Shown: positions 1 through 13,884 of the stretch, piece by piece
How positions within the stretch are numbered: position 1 is the stretch's first letter
Layout of the letters: the number at the start of each line of letters is the position of its first letter
NCBI RefSeq assembly: GCF_009914755.1
Contig: NC_060931.1
Direction: 5' to 3' (one strand)
From: the human T2T-CHM13v2.0 reference genome, Homo sapiens
Length of the DNA: 64,000 nt
Translations under genes and position numbers: made by a program
The notes under the pieces: model-generated
What the model was told of the DNA's origin: nothing
What the model saw: only the letters and a program-made list of their open reading frames with translations
Database searches by the model: none

Positions 1-337
1 CACCCCCAGAATTCTCTCTCAACACTCAATGACACCACAACAGCGTTTTTCATTCAAAGGGGCACACACATTTTGAGGCTCTTAATGCTCTTACTATAAG
101 GTGCACAGCTGAGGGTTTTGAAGGCCATTTCTAATAAGCTAAGACTACACTACTACTCCAAAAAGCCTAGGAAAATGGCTGGCCCCTCCAGTAAGAGAAT
201 AGGTGGTGGTATGCTAGACAAGAAAAAGTCAAAGCCATTTGGTCTTGAATGTTCATCTAACACTTACAAGCTGTGTGATTTTGGAAAGAAGTGAGCGACT
301 CCCTAAATCTGAGTGATTTCATCTGTACCCTGGGCCT

Positions 338-1220
338 GCTGCAGTGCATACTGTTGGTTGCTTACCTAAGATTGCCCCCTCCTCCTTCCTAAGAGGACCC
401 TGTTTTATTCAGGTGTCCACTCACCCTCCAGGCAGCCCTAGCACCTGAGTGAATGCTGACCACCCCACCCACCTCCAGAGGTAGCCCTGATTGGTCTGAG
501 TGCAACTCCTTTTACTGTGACAGTATTTGGTTCAGAAATAGAAGTGGGCACAAATTCAAGCCAAGGACCAAGCAGAGGGTGGATTCAGTGTTTCTGTAAT
601 TATTTTCCATCCTTCTGGGATCACATTCTGAAGAGACCCCTGTCTCTTCCATGGGATGATGTGGTGTGCAAATGTCCCTCACTACTGCCACCCCCTTACT
701 AGCCACTGAGCAATAAAGCTGCCACACAGAGGAGGGAAGAGCCCAGGGAATCATGGGGAAATGGGCTACCACCCCTGGATTACGCTGGCCCTGAATTCTA
801 CCTTAGTCTGGCTTCTAGTTAAAGAGCCAACACATTTTCTTCTCTCGATTTTTTAGTTTTATTTTTTAGAGATGGGGGTCTCGCTCTGTTGCCCAGACTG
901 GAGTGCCATGGTGCAATCATGGCTCACTGCAGCCTCCACCTCCCAGTCTGAAGTGATCCTCCTGCCTCAGTCTTCCAAGGAGCTGGGACTACAGGTGTGC
1001 ACCATCATGCCTGGCTAATTTTTGTATTTTTTGTAGAGATGGGGTCTATGTTACCTGGGATGGTCTCAAACTCCTGGCCTCAAGCCATTTTTCCTTCTTG
1101 GCTTCCGAAAGTGTTGAGATTATAGGTGTAAGCCACCGAATCTGGCCCATTTTCTTCTTAAAGACCATTAATGTTTGGTTTTCTGTTGCTTACAAATGAA
1201 AGCATATGAAAAGCTAAAGA
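338..1220 (+). mobile_element. Old MaLR LTR (MLT1J/K-like), interrupted by an Alu
   Basis: Start 'atactgttggttgcttacc...gaccctgttttattcagg' and end 'gttttctgttgcttacaaatgaaagcat' resemble the termini of old MLT1 subfamilies. Boundaries approximate. Confidence 0.6.
844..1147 (-). mobile_element. AluJ-like SINE, full length
   Basis: Antisense Alu with J-type features (ggtgcaatcatggctcactgcagcctc, tttttgtagagatgggg). TSD cattttcttct at 833-843 and 1148-1158. Confidence 0.93.
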
Positions 1221-1500
1221 TATCTGTTAGGATTTTGGGGAAGATACATTAAAAAAAGAATGTGCTTAACACAGGATTAAGTATAGAGTAAGCACTGAAA
1301 ATATGGTATTTCCTTTTATTGTAGTTTCTTTTTTGGGCCACACTGCTTCACCTCAATTAGGGGGTTCTCCCAGGGATCTACTTCAGTTTTATTCGGGCAC
1401 AGGGACATCACTGGCATTTTAAATGTTGGGAGGCTTTGTTTTATTTTTGGCAGTCTCTAGGGGCAGGGGAAAGAACTATATTCAACAAATCTTTAGCACC

Positions 1501-1976
1501 GGTTATGGTTTTAATTTTGCTCCCCCCAAAAGATATGCTGAAGTCCTCACACCAGTACCTCAGAATGTGACACTATTTGGAAACAGTGCCATTGCAGATG
1601 TAATTAGTTACGATGCAGTCATACTGGAGCAGAGTTGGCCCCTAGTCCAGTATAACTGGCGTCCTTATAAGAAGATGGCAATATGAAGACAGTCACACAG
1701 GGAGAACGCCACGTGACAACAAAGGCAGAGACTGAAGTGATGCAGCTGCAAGCGAGGAAATGCCAAGGATGGCCAGCAATTCAACAGAAACCTGTGAAAG
1801 GCAAGGAGAGATTCCCCTGCAGATTTCAGACAGAGCAAGGCCCTGTGAGCCATGCTCCAAAACTAGGAGACCATAACTTTCTCATAGCCTCCAAAACTAT
1901 GAGACCATAATTTCCTGTTGTCTGAAGGCTCCTCATTGGTAGTACTTTGTTACAGCAGCCCTAAGCAATGAACACA
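1501..1976 (+). mobile_element. MaLR solo LTR, MLT1C-like
   Basis: ccccaaaagatatgctgaagtcct...cctcagaatgtgac...gcagatgtaattagtta...gtgatgcagctgcaagc...ttgttacagcagccctaagcaatgaacaca matches the MLT1B/C layout end to end. Confidence 0.88.
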
Positions 1977-2394
1977 GTGCTTATTCAGAAACATGTAATG
2001 GAAGAAAATCAAGTGTAAACCAGACATTTAAAATCCCTTGTCTCTTTAAAGGATTTCAGACTGTTATCAGATGTCCTCTATTGACAATAGTGTATGCTAC
2101 TGCTAATAGTCTAAGATTTCCTCCCTAAAAGCACCACAATACCCGTTGTTTAAAAATAATAATGGTTTGCTCAGTCTTTTTATTTGAATAAAATTAAATG
2201 CAACAGTGAGAGGTATAAAACAAAAGTGGAGCTCCTACAGCTGAAGGAAGCTGGAGGGATTCAGACTTGCTGCTAACACTCTCTAGTGGCCCCTGAGGCC
2301 ACTCATGGAACTGCCAGGTGCCACAGAACTCAGGCTGAGAAACACTATTCTAGAAGCTGCAAATAATGTCTGCTTATGGTCGCATCCAGGAGTA

Positions 2395-3103
2395 CAGTAG
2401 GAGTCCTCTTAAAAGACGGCCACCATAACAGACTTGCCAGTTTATGAAACATCCTCCATCCTTTTTCTAAAATATACTGACTGCTGCCCAGGCTGACACT
2501 CCAAGCTCACAGTCAAGATGCTGGAATGCCCCTGGGTTTCTGCTCCCACCAGCTGAGATGTGAGATTTAGGGATCTTTGTCTCCAAATGTGTTTCTTCCA
2601 GTTATAGTTGTCATTGTAATTATGTAATTTGATTGCATATTATATACACTGATGAAATATGAGTAGAAAAAGCTCCAAGTTGAATGCTTTGAAAGACTGG
2701 ATAAAAACAAGTTGCTGAAACCAAGCCAAACCTGCTGTTGAACCACATGTGGGTGGGTCAACCACAGAAAACTGGAAGAGATTGTACTTAGATAACTTCA
2801 AAAGTGTCTTCAGAGCTTGTTCCACTTTAAGAAAACTGAAACTGGAAATCACAGATGATGTCTTTTTGGCATGGTTTATCTAAGAATGGTAATTAGAAAC
2901 TCCAATCTGCAAATTTAAGAAAAAGCTTGAGTCTCACATTAAAAAGTTGGTGATTTAACATGCATTTGTATGTTTTAAGTTAAAATAAAATATTTAAGGT
3001 ATGCATATATCATATTATGATTAACCATAACCACTGTCATCAACTTTTTAATTAACTAATCAGCTGCCAACTCCTGATGCATGAGCTAAGAGGGCCTTTA
3101 TTA
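2395..3103 (+). mobile_element. Tigger-class (TcMar) DNA transposon derivative, Tigger13a-like
   Basis: Degenerate terminal inverted repeats (ta|cagtaggagtcctcttaa ... taagagggcctttatta). Internal decayed CENP-B/pogo-type N-terminal sequence (aagttgaatgctttgaaagactggataaa; 'KLKLEITDDVFLAWF'). Confidence 0.65.
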
Positions 3104-3269
3104 CAGTTTCTTCATTTTGGATACTGTGTTCTTGGATGGGAAAATCCTATTTCTCTATTTTAGTTGTCATCAATGGCTACCTAGAATGTAAGGTCCATGA
3201 GAGAGATTTTTTTGTCTATTTTGTTCAGTGACGTCAATTTTCAAAAAATTCAATTGATTTAAACATCAA

Positions 3270-3432
3270 AGATTAGCTGGGCATGGTGGTGCATGCCTGT
3301 AGTCCTAAGTACTCGGGAGGCTGAGGTGGGAGGATTGTTTGAGCCAGGGAGTTCCAGGCTGCAGTGAGCTATAATCGTACAACTGCACTCCAGCCTGGGT
3401 GACAGAGCAAGACCTTGTCTCTTAAAAACAAA
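3270..3432 (+). mobile_element. Alu right-arm monomer (FRAM/AluJ fragment)
   Basis: attagctgggcatggtggtgcatgcctgtagtc...gaggattgtttgagcc...gacagagcaagaccttgtctc plus a short A tail; no left arm. Confidence 0.9.
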
Positions 3433-3648
3433 GCTATAGACATTGCTAATTAAAAAAAAAATGAACATGTATTTACCTGCAAAATTGTTTAAGCTAATAC
3501 AAATAGAGACTAACCCCTAAAGTACTATGGACATAACTGTATTTTAACACATTTAAGAAATGAGTTTTTTTTTTTTTATCTCCTAGCCACAGCATACAAA
3601 GGCCAAAGACTTGGCCACTTACCGAAGACAGAGTCTAAGATCTGCTCC

Positions 3649-3814
3649 AAGACTTAACCTAGTCAGGCTGGGGGCTCAAGTACTCATAGAAGACTTAACC
3701 TAGTCAGGCTGGGGGCTCAAGTACTCATAGAAGACTTAACCTAGTCAGGCTAGGGGTTCATGTACTCATAGAAGACTTAACCTAGTCAGGCTGGGGGCTC
3801 AAGTACTCATAGAA
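3649..3814. repeat. Minisatellite, 41-bp unit x4
   Basis: aagacttaacctagtcaggctgggggctcaagtactcatag at 3649, 3690, 3731 and 3772. Copies 1, 2 and 4 are identical; copy 3 has 3 substitutions. Confidence 0.98.
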
Positions 3815-4827
3815 CAACTCTTCCCGCAGGCTCTGTGTGTTTCACTTCCAGCAAGTCTACACAGAGTAGATCCTATTCCAACTTGGATATGTTTTGATTC
3901 AGCTCACTTAACCAAGAACTACATTTTTAAAATATTCTCAGAGATGAAGTGGTGAACAGAATACATGGGAAGCATTGCTGTGGCTCTGGACCATGCCACA
4001 TATAGACAAGGGTTCCCATGTTCAAAGTGCAGATCAACCCTTTCCCTGGGATGGCGGGGGGTGCCCCACTCTCAGAAAGCCAGGCCGACAAGGAGAGAGC
4101 AGGAATTGCAAAAGCCCACCCTCCTGCTTTCACTGCTCAGGGATCTGGGAGGCAGAGGGGCCAAGTGGCTGGCCGGAGGCATGCGTGGAGTGGCATCTGA
4201 CCCACAATAAGAAAACAAATTTCCTGTTTTATTCTTCACAACACTGTATGCTCCTGGCAAAAGCAAACCAGTATGAATGAATTCATAACACACACCTTAT
4301 CCTTACATGTGACGTGTGCTCAATAAATACTGGTTGGTTTTATTGCCTGACTCCACAGGTGGCAATTGACAGGATTTTGGGTGTGGAAATGATCAAGACT
4401 TTGTAAACGGGAAGAATCTGGAGTGGCATATGTTGTTGCCATTCCCCTAACCCCATTAGCAGCTGGGTGAGTGAAGAGTAAATAGACAACCATCTCCTAG
4501 TTCTGAGGCTGCTTTCCCTGAAGGGACTTTCTAAATGAGAACCTTGCCTAAATTGGCAATTAACCCAAGCTTAACAAGGGCTTACAGTCACACTGGGGCA
4601 AATCTGGTGAAAGCAACCTTAGATAGAATAGGCCAAGGAGAGCCTTCTACACTCACACTGTATGTGAGAAAGCAAGTGAGTAGTAGTATTCAAGTCTTTC
4701 ATTCCTAGGGGTGATTATTTCTACAGTGGGACTTAAGGAGAATAGGGAACTACCAAAGCTCCTCTGAGGCTGCCCTTTTGGGTTGCAGGTATTTGTATAT
4801 TCTTTAGCCCTTAAGAGGGTAATTTAG

Positions 4828-5030
4828 TGATTTAAAGCACAGGCTTGGGCAAGATACAATTGTAGTTTAGAATATTAGTTCTGATACTGGGCAAGATACT
4901 TATAAATTCTTAAAGCCTCAGTTTCTTTTTGGAGGGGACATGTATCTACTTCAGAGTTCTGTTGTGAATATTGAGTATAGTAATCAATGCAAATTGCCTA
5001 GCACATAGATGTTCATGAAATATTAGTTAA
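4828..5030 (+). mobile_element. MIR SINE
   Basis: ctgggcaagatactt...aagcctcagtttc...gttgtgaatattgag...cctagcacatag core and 3' motifs. Confidence 0.65.
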
Positions 5031-5099
5031 TTGACAACTATTAGTAACAATAATAATGACAAATTAACAATCTTAGGGAAATAAAAGAAACTCTCACCA

Positions 5100-5390
5100 A
5101 GTCAAACATTTGAGTGTCTAGCATGTGCAGGCTCTCTGCTAGGCACTGGGGGACTCTACAACAAGAGTTTCTTCATCAGCAGGGGAGACAAGCCATGCAC
5201 ACAATTAGCTCTTGCATTAACAGCGACAGTTATAAAGGAAGATTTATATAGTTAGGAAAGTTATAAATGCACAAGAGAGGCACAGATAGTGTGATAACTG
5301 GTCTGGAGAAGGAAAAGATAACTTATAGCTGGGAAATCTAGAGAAGGTTCATGAAGGAGATAGCATCGGCTCTCAGCTCTGCATTTTATG
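5100..5390 (-). mobile_element. L2 3' end fragment
   Basis: caaacatttgagtgtctagcatgtgcaggctctctgctaggcactgggg is the antisense L2 3' terminus. Confidence 0.65.
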
Positions 5391-6159
5391 AAATATGCCT
5401 AAATAATGTAAATGAAATTCCAAGTTTGTTTCCAATTATGTATTACATTCTTTGGATAAATTCCATCACTTCTTATCCAGATTGGCTCTAAAAGAATAAA
5501 TTGATTTCTGAAATTTCAGCTAAATAAAAAACATGTAGAATAAAAGCCTAGTGCTCGAATCAATCACCTTCACTTACTATAAGGTATATTCAGAAGTCAC
5601 AGATTTGCTTTTTATATAGTGTTTGGTATTTGCATTATCTACGACAATGTGCCTTTCTGCTAGCACAGGTGTCAAGAGCTGAGAACACTAACTTTGGAAT
5701 TCCTTAGATCAGTGTTTTTCAGAGTAAGCTCTGGGTTACACAGGTTCCACGATGTGTTGGGTGGGGCAGAAGAAAGAAAGGGAGTATGAGATAAAGGAAA
5801 GGATTCTATGATGTAATGTTTTGAGAAACTCCATCTCTTATCTACAAACATATTAACATCTACAAGTTAAATCTGTTCACCTTCTTAAACCTAGCATTTC
5901 ACAAACATTTGGTCATGTGAGGCCTTTTATCTCCTAGCATAACACCTATGAATTTCTCAGTTCCCTTTAGAAATTGTCACTTTGAGCATTTGACATGGCA
6001 TTGCTAAAGGGCCATTAGAATAGAATGCCAAACCTAATAATTTGGATCTCTAGGAAGAAGTTCCATGGCTTCAGTCTTGTGACCAGTCCTAGGCAAATGG
6101 CCAAACATGTACTTTCAAAGGATTGAACTCATCTTCTCCATTTGGAAGATACTGCATTC

Positions 6160-6320
6160 ACTCTACAAAACATCCTGAGAGGGGGGCCTCATTCCTCTGG
6201 TTTCACAGATGAGCAAACTGATGCTCAGAGATGTAAATCAATTTGCCTCAGATCACACACCTGGGAAGTGGCAGGACTTGAATTCTGCTTCCTAAGCCTT
6301 TCTGCTTACTCCACCCCAGG
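6160..6320 (-). mobile_element. MIR SINE
   Basis: tttcacagatgagcaaactgatgctcagaga...tttgcctcagatcacac MIR core. Confidence 0.8.
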
Positions 6321-8439
6321 TGCCTTGGATTTGAAATCGTGTTAGTAAGCTAGCATCACCTTAGCTTCGTGCTGAATGATTTCCAGGGAGCAAGAGTTTT
6401 AGAGGTAGAGGTTAACATTAATTTGTAATTTACATAAAACCAATGGACTATACAATCATCATTTCACCAATGGCTATACACAGACAATTTTTTTCAAGGT
6501 ACAATAGTCCAAAGCACTCCCCTGTCAGTCCAGACCTCCAGGTAGCTGCTTCACAACCTGGCGGATGTGGATCAAAGAATAGTAAAGGCCACTGGGAGGC
6601 ACCCAACCCTGACTCACTAAGGAGGCATCCCCCTCTCTGCCATATCTAGAACGTCTTTCCTCTTCTATCAGGAAGCGCAGCTGCACATTACTTACTTCTA
6701 AGATCCCTCAGCTATATCTAGAAAAACAAAATGATTTACCAGAGCATGTCAACAATGCTTAAAATAGAAATATAAAGTAATTACAAGTGACAACCCTCAA
6801 ATTGTAGTGAGGCTTAAAAGCAACATTTTCTCTGTCTCAGGAGACAGGTGGGTGCTGCCACCCTCTGAGGAGGCTTATGACATGGATGGGGATTTCAGGA
6901 GGGAAATGAAGAGGACGTTTTCTTTGGCGTAGACAACAGATTATCTTTAGTCACATAAAAACCATAGATTTGCATGGAGAGGGAATAAATCTGGACAAAT
7001 GGCATAGTTTACCTTTAAGAAAGCACTTGCTTTGATGGTGGGTTCACTGTGTTCTGGCTTGAAGGAATGATAACATGAGATCATACACAGCTTTGCATGC
7101 TAATTAGATTTAGTGCCCTAGCCAGGAAATTTTTTAGGCTCTGTAAAAAATCTACACTTATAATGAACACTTCCCAAGAAAATGAATACACAGTACAGAA
7201 AGGCCTTTCTCAGTAACTGATAAGATGCTCGCAGGAAAGAGAAGAAAAGATGTCCAAGGATCTGGAAGGAAAAAGGCAGTCCTGACAGCACGCCACTGAC
7301 AGCTTCCAGAATTCTCATGCAGCAAAAATCACCATGACCAGCCACCTTCAGATCATGGTCACGGCAGGCTGGCATGTGGGACAGTTCAGTGTGACACAGA
7401 CTACCTGCGGAACCTGGGTCCTACCTCAGAGGTGCTCATGGTGAGGGCTACTGCCTCATTCCCTTTGAGCTCCAGTTCCCACATCTGTACACTGGGGACA
7501 ACGCTGGCCACTGCAGCGGGTCGAGGTGGGTGAACATGCAAATGAGCAGGCGACACATTCATTAAAGTCCTTCCACTGTGTACGTTCAGTATCCCTTATC
7601 TACTATGGTTATGCAGTTCTGTGACTGTCAACAATACCTTTTCTTTTATGCGTAAAAAATTCAGAGTAACACGGTGTTTATATAAATCCAGTCTTCCCTT
7701 TCCCCTACCTTTTGTAAGCTCTGCCTCAGCTAAGCTGCCACACTCATCCTAACAAAAGGGCCACTGGCCTCTCCTTGTCTCTGTGCTCTCTGTTGGCATT
7801 TTAGATCTTCAGTCATGAGAGGCTCTTTGTTCAACTGCTTGATCACCAATTTCATTCATAGACAATTTGATTGGAGTTTTGGGGGATAAGGACTGTCCTG
7901 TTCCTATTTCTATCCCCAGAATCTGGCATAGAACCATGTACAACTGCTACGTAAGAAAGTTTGAATGAATGAGTAACTGGAATATTTAATGCTTCGAATA
8001 AGTGAAGTGTATTATATGCCTCTAAATAGTTCATTCACTCCTTACTCAAGAAACATGTATATTACTTTTAGTTTTCAGAACGCTTTGCACTTTTGTTTTC
8101 AATTGCAGAACATATTTTCATAACAAAAAGGAAATGAAACCTTAACCCCAGTTCTGAATAACAACACTCATCTTTTTCCTCGAGAGCTCCCTTCCTGGCT
8201 TTCCATGAAAGTCATGCTAACTTCTGCTCTGAGGGTGGATATACACTAGACAGGGTCTGCACAATCCTTTAGGAAAATCACAACAATAGGGCTGGTTTCA
8301 CATTTAAAAAATGATCAGGAAACATAAAAATGATCAAGAAAAGAACAGGGAGAGTAAGAGAGCAAGATGGAGGTGGGGAGTACCACAGGTGGGGCATCTC
8401 TGCTCAATGCCACCTGGTATTGCCACAAGAACACATGCA

Positions 8440-8820
8440 GCTCTTATGTGCTTCACAGTGATCTTAGAACGTTACATAGATTAACTATTCCTCATGGCAA
8501 CTTTCCCTATTTTAAACATAAGGACATGAACATAGAAAGGCTAAGTAATTTGCTGCAGATGACTCAGCTAGTAAATGTCAGAGCAGGAATCTGAACTTGG
8601 CAATGTGGCTCCAGAATCCCTGCTTGCCACCTGACACTAGGCTGCTTCTTGGGCACGACAATCCTGAGAATCCAATTATCACCATCTGTATTTTTAAAAT
8701 GGAGAAGTTGAGATTCAAAGAGACTCAAACTTGACCAAAGTCCACCAGCTCACACGAAGGAGTGCACGATTCAAACTAAAGTCTGCTTGATTTCAAAGCC
8801 CACATGATTTTCACTCTACT
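8440..8820 (-). mobile_element. Two adjacent MIR fragments
   Basis: Two MIR cores: ggctaagtaatttgctgcagatgactcagctagtaaatgtcagagcaggaatctgaac and aaaatggagaagttgagattcaaagag...cttgaccaaagtccaccagct. Confidence 0.65.
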
Positions 8821-11039
8821 CCTGGGACCTCCCGTATAATATTTTCTATCCTTCTCACAGGCTTAGCAAAAGATGATTCATTATTTTCTCTGCTGAGCAT
8901 CTTGCTAAGTTCTACTGGTGAATATCAAGCTGTAATTTTACTCATGAAGCATGTCACTGGTCTCTTCCCCAATGAGGAGATCAGTTTCTCTGATGACCGG
9001 AGCTCCTTGAAGTCAACGGGACTTCACAGACATTGATTTGTTGCCTGCTGGAAGCCAGTTGTATAGAAAGTAATTGGGAAGCACAATGGAGTGGATGTAG
9101 CCCAGCCTAGGAAGTGTTCCCAGCCCTTAGTGAAAACATAGGCCCTCATACATGGAGACAAGATTTGGGAGAAAAGGCCCAAAGCTCTAAAACACTAGTA
9201 CACCTTCTTAATGTAGAATTAGAGCTAGAAGGGGCTGCCCCACCAGAAAAGCAAAGGAGCCTATGCTAGCAGTGACTGGTTGCCTTGAAGTGGGAATAAA
9301 GGGTCCTGAATTCACTCTGCGAACCCAGGGCAATAGCAAGTGTATTTGCTGTCCTTTCCAACGCCTGCTGACTCACGGCAGCTTTGCTCTACTCTCCGGG
9401 GATAAGGCTAAAGAAAACGCCACAAGTTTGCTCTGGGTGTGGTACCATCATTACTTCATTATTCACAGGTGATTTCCTATTCCAGTTCTCAACATTGTTT
9501 TCTTCCTAATTTTCAATTATGATTGTTTAATTGCACAAGGTCCATTATTGTCATACATTTTCTCAAAGCCTTTGTAGGATATAAAATAAGTTTTTAAGTT
9601 ACTATTGCTATCTTAGGTACCTTCTAGAATCCTCTGACTCACTTTTATATGGTTTCTTCCTTTTCTACTTTCACAAGGGTTTTGAAAGGGCTTACAATAC
9701 AAATGCACTAAGTCAATGAGCCTAAGGAAAGAAGTTGGAGCAGAAAATAAACATTAGGGAGGGAAGGAGGGAGGTACAGGCATACCCCAAACCGGAGCCC
9801 AGCCTCAGTGACGGGCATTTAACTTAGCACGAAGCTTTCCGGGAATCCCTAGAACGATCATTTAGAATGTCATTACCTCAATCAGCTTTATTAGAGTTAT
9901 GGGCTCTTAGTTGCATAGTTGAAAAATAAGAATGCCTCTGTTTTTCCAATAGTGGCTCACTGTGTTTCCCTTAGCTCCCTGGATGGGGTTAAATCGGGCA
10001 AATTTCCCCAGTGAGATGACTTGCTGTGGCTCCATACCCCTCACATTCCCCTTAAGTCAGAGTCCATGCCTGCTAACATAATAGCCTGACATACTGCCCA
10101 GAGTCCTTGACGGTACTATTTTTAGCAACAGGGCCATGTGGCACACAGTCTAGAGTGACTGTATCTCACTCCATCCAATTTTCTTTTCAACTGGACCAAC
10201 TTTAATTAAAAGGGGCGAACACATCCCCAGATCAGACAGATTCCCACTTTGGACTGTAGAACCCAAGGAAGTGACATTTTTAAGAAACTCCTTTGGAATC
10301 CTGGAATGAAAGGCATCGGAGGTAGGTTATTGAAATGACTGATCTCCACCTGTCCCTGCCTCTCCTGCCAAAGGAGGATGGGACGTGGACAGTCTGCAGG
10401 CACAGCAGAGGTAGCCTGAGCTGGGAACAGGAACAGCAAAGCTGACAGCTGTGCTTTTCTGCACCAAGCACCCTGGGAAAAATCAACACTTGGGCAGCCC
10501 TGCTGCCATCTGTGGCGTTTCTGCAGCAGACAGGTTATTTATAGAAACTTGTTTGTGCAAAGCCAATATTTACCTGTCGGGGCTGTCAAAATTTACATTT
10601 CATCTGTGCCATTAGCCTGCTGTTTCCCTGTCAATAAAGGAAATTTCCATCACTAGAAAGGGAGACTGGGGGCAGCTATGAGGACTACAGTCCCCTCCCA
10701 GTAAGTGAGAGAATGAGTGGTATTCATGGTTACAGGGTAAGTGCATCTGTTGCCCAAGTGGCCACTGGACCCTCATGCTATGCTATGAAGACAAAGAGTT
10801 GTCAAGACCCAAAACTGGAATTCTCCCAACTGCTTCTTTGTAATTTAATCTTCAAAGCCACCCTTAGTTAAAATGAGAATGGCATGTTCCGCAACCACCT
10901 CTGTGTTTGTGTTGCTCCGTGCCTTCCAAAGGACTATTGTTATCTGTGGTAAGGATGAGGGGTTGGGGGCTCTCCCTAAAAACCCACTTTCTTCTAAAAC
11001 CATCAAGATCCTCCATTTTTCACTGAAAATAGTCATCTC

Positions 11040-12450
11040 TTCTACTTCTCTGATTATCCTCTTCAGTCTTTTGGGAGTTCATCTTCTCCTGCCTGTCTCT
11101 TAAATGCAGATGCACAGTCCTGGTCCCTTCTTCTCTTCTCACTCCCCACCTTCTTCCTCGGTGAGATCATCTATTCAAATGACTTAACAGTTTTATCTAA
11201 TTCTTGTGACTCCAATTTCTCCAGCCCATCTCACTCACCTTTCCTCTATAGGCTCTTCAGCAAAATTTAAAAATAATCACAATGAATTAATTTATTTTTT
11301 AATTGTCAATTTATCTTTTTGTTATTTTTTAAAAATTATTTTAGATTTGGGGGTACACGTGCAGGTTTGCTACATGGATATACTGCACAATGCTGAGGTT
11401 TGGACTTCTATTGAACCCGTCACCCAAATAGTGAGCACAGTACCCAATAGGTAGTTTTTCCAACCTTGCCCTGCTCCCTCTCTGCTTTGGGAGTCCCCAG
11501 TGTCTACTGTTTCCACTCTTATGTCCCTGTGTACCCAATGTTTAGCTCTCACTTATAAGGGTGAACATGCGGTATTTGATTTTGTTTCTGTATTAATTCA
11601 CTTTCTAGCTTTGAGCAGGACAGTATCTCCATTTGGATGTGCCCAAAGCACTTCACATCTAGTTCATCCACTGAGCTCATCTCTCCCATATTCCTGGTGT
11701 GCTCTTATTCTCACATTCTCTATCTCAATTGCAGGTACTATTGCCCACCAATAAATCATCCCCAGTTTCTCATTTTCCAACTCACTCTCCATCACAACCT
11801 ATCAACCACCCAAACCTGTTGATCCCACATCTTAAACACGTACTGACCACATTCCCAATCTGGGCCATGACGTTGATCAGGTGTTTATCTCCTGCTTGGA
11901 TCAGGCGTTGGCCTCCTAATCTTTTCAGTCCAAAGAGTTTTCTTTCCAAAGCACAGATCTGATCATGTCTTTCCTTAGCCTAAAATATTTCTGTGGTCTT
12001 CAATAACCTTGGGTCAAAGTCTGAACTCCACAGCAATTTATACGAGGCCCTTCCTAAGCTGACCTGGCTCACCTCACCTGCTGCATTTCTTGCTCCTTTC
12101 CTCCTCAAACTCTGACCAGTGACCTAGAAGCATCCTTCTCTCTTCTGGCCTCCACCCAAGAGGCCACTCCCTCTGCCTGGAATGTCCCATCACCTCCCCA
12201 CAACCACCTAGGCCCTGAGGATTCTTTTCCTGGCTGACTCTCTTTCCTCCTTCAGGATGTAGCCCAGGTTTATTTAACTGAATAATATGGCAAAATTAAT
12301 GAAGGTCGAGTTCAAGTGACATAAGCTAGGCAAACACTTGTCTATCATAGACACAGTCAAGTGAGTTATTGTGCGTTCTTTGACTTATTATCCCCAACTC
12401 CTATGTCGGTTCCTAGCATGCAGAAGATGCTCAATAAGTGTAGTTTGAAT
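11040..12450 (+). mobile_element. L2 LINE remnant, interrupted by an L1 3' end
   Basis: Pyrimidine-rich L2 motifs (ggtcccttcttctcttctcactc, gatctgatcatgtc, tctgcctggaatgtc) ending in cctagcatgcagaagatgctcaataagtg. Confidence 0.75.
11288..11602 (-). mobile_element. L1 3' end (old L1PA/L1PB type), 5'-truncated
   Basis: gggggtacacgtgcaggtttgctacatgg...gtacccaataggtagttttt...cacttataagggtgaacatgcggtatttg is an antisense L1 3'UTR. Confidence 0.9.
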
Positions 12451-12739
12451 AGATAAGTGGTGAAAAACATAACTAGGATCAAGAGGTACTTGATTTTATA
12501 TAAAATATTTATCTTAGAGAAGTTTATAAGTACTTAAGAGGACAAACACTTGGTTCTTAAAATCATTTAGAGGGGTAGACAATGGGCGGGGTGGGGAGGA
12601 CCACTATGTCCTGCACTGGTGGGTTGGGTGAAGGACGCTAAGGCAATGTGAGGGACCCAAGTTGACATCATCATGTGCAAAAGACACCAGACTCCTTCAA
12701 CCAAAGTCCGGAGTAAGGAGAAGATTTCACATTGAGTTA

Positions 12740-13110
12740 GAATGTCATCTATGCACCAGGCACTTGGCATACATTGTCCTTTTATCCTTACAAAGGTTCT
12801 ACAGAGCACATCATTTCATCTCTCTTTTACAGATTAGGAAACTGAGGTTCAGAAAAATTAAATCAACTGTATAAAATCACACAGCTACTACCCCTCCACA
12901 GAGCAGTAACTTCCTCCATACCACAACAGTCTCTACCATTTATTGACCTCTTGACTGTGTGCCAGGTGCTATTTGAACCATTTTAGATTATCTCATTTTT
13001 TTCTTCACTATAACCCTACAACTATCTCCTTCCTATGAAGAAGGAAACTGAGGGCTAGGATACAAACCCAGTTCTCACTGTTCCTAAATCCATGCTCTTA
13101 ACCACCTTCC
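12740..13110 (-). mobile_element. Two MIR fragments
   Basis: ttttacagattaggaaactgaggttcaga and gaagaaggaaactgagggct cores, each preceded by tgtgccagg-type motifs. Confidence 0.75.
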
Positions 13111-13140
13111 TATATACATCAAGACGCAAAAGGGATTTGA

Positions 13141-13584
<444 letters not shown>

Positions 13585-13884
13585 TGATGAGAGACCCTAT
13601 CACTGAACTGGAAACGGCACCACTTCTTATTCCACTGTGTTTCCCCCACATTCCCTTGCCTTGTGCCTTGGCCACAAATGGAGGATATAAATATCTGCTG
13701 ATTTTCACGGAGACTCACACAAGAGCTGAAAAGACAGGTGGGACTTCACGGAATTTTCTCATCTGGTTCCTTTGATGACAGACCAGCTGAAGAGCCCCCT
13801 TCTCAATGTGCATGGCCACACCCTCTCTCGGTGGCAGACATCAGACCAGGTTCTCTTGCTCTGTCCTCTTCACTCGGTCTAGGC

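Noticed and set aside
3229-3236. Perfect CRE tgacgtca
   Set aside because: Single 8-mer at the edge of an L2-like fragment with no supporting promoter context.
3649-3814. CRISPR-like array
   Set aside because: Units are head-to-tail with no unique spacers, there are no cas genes, and the context is primate. It is a minisatellite.
10502-10520. Second CTCF-like motif (minus strand gccacagatggcagca)
   Set aside because: The 5' half of the core is mismatched; too weak to call without data.
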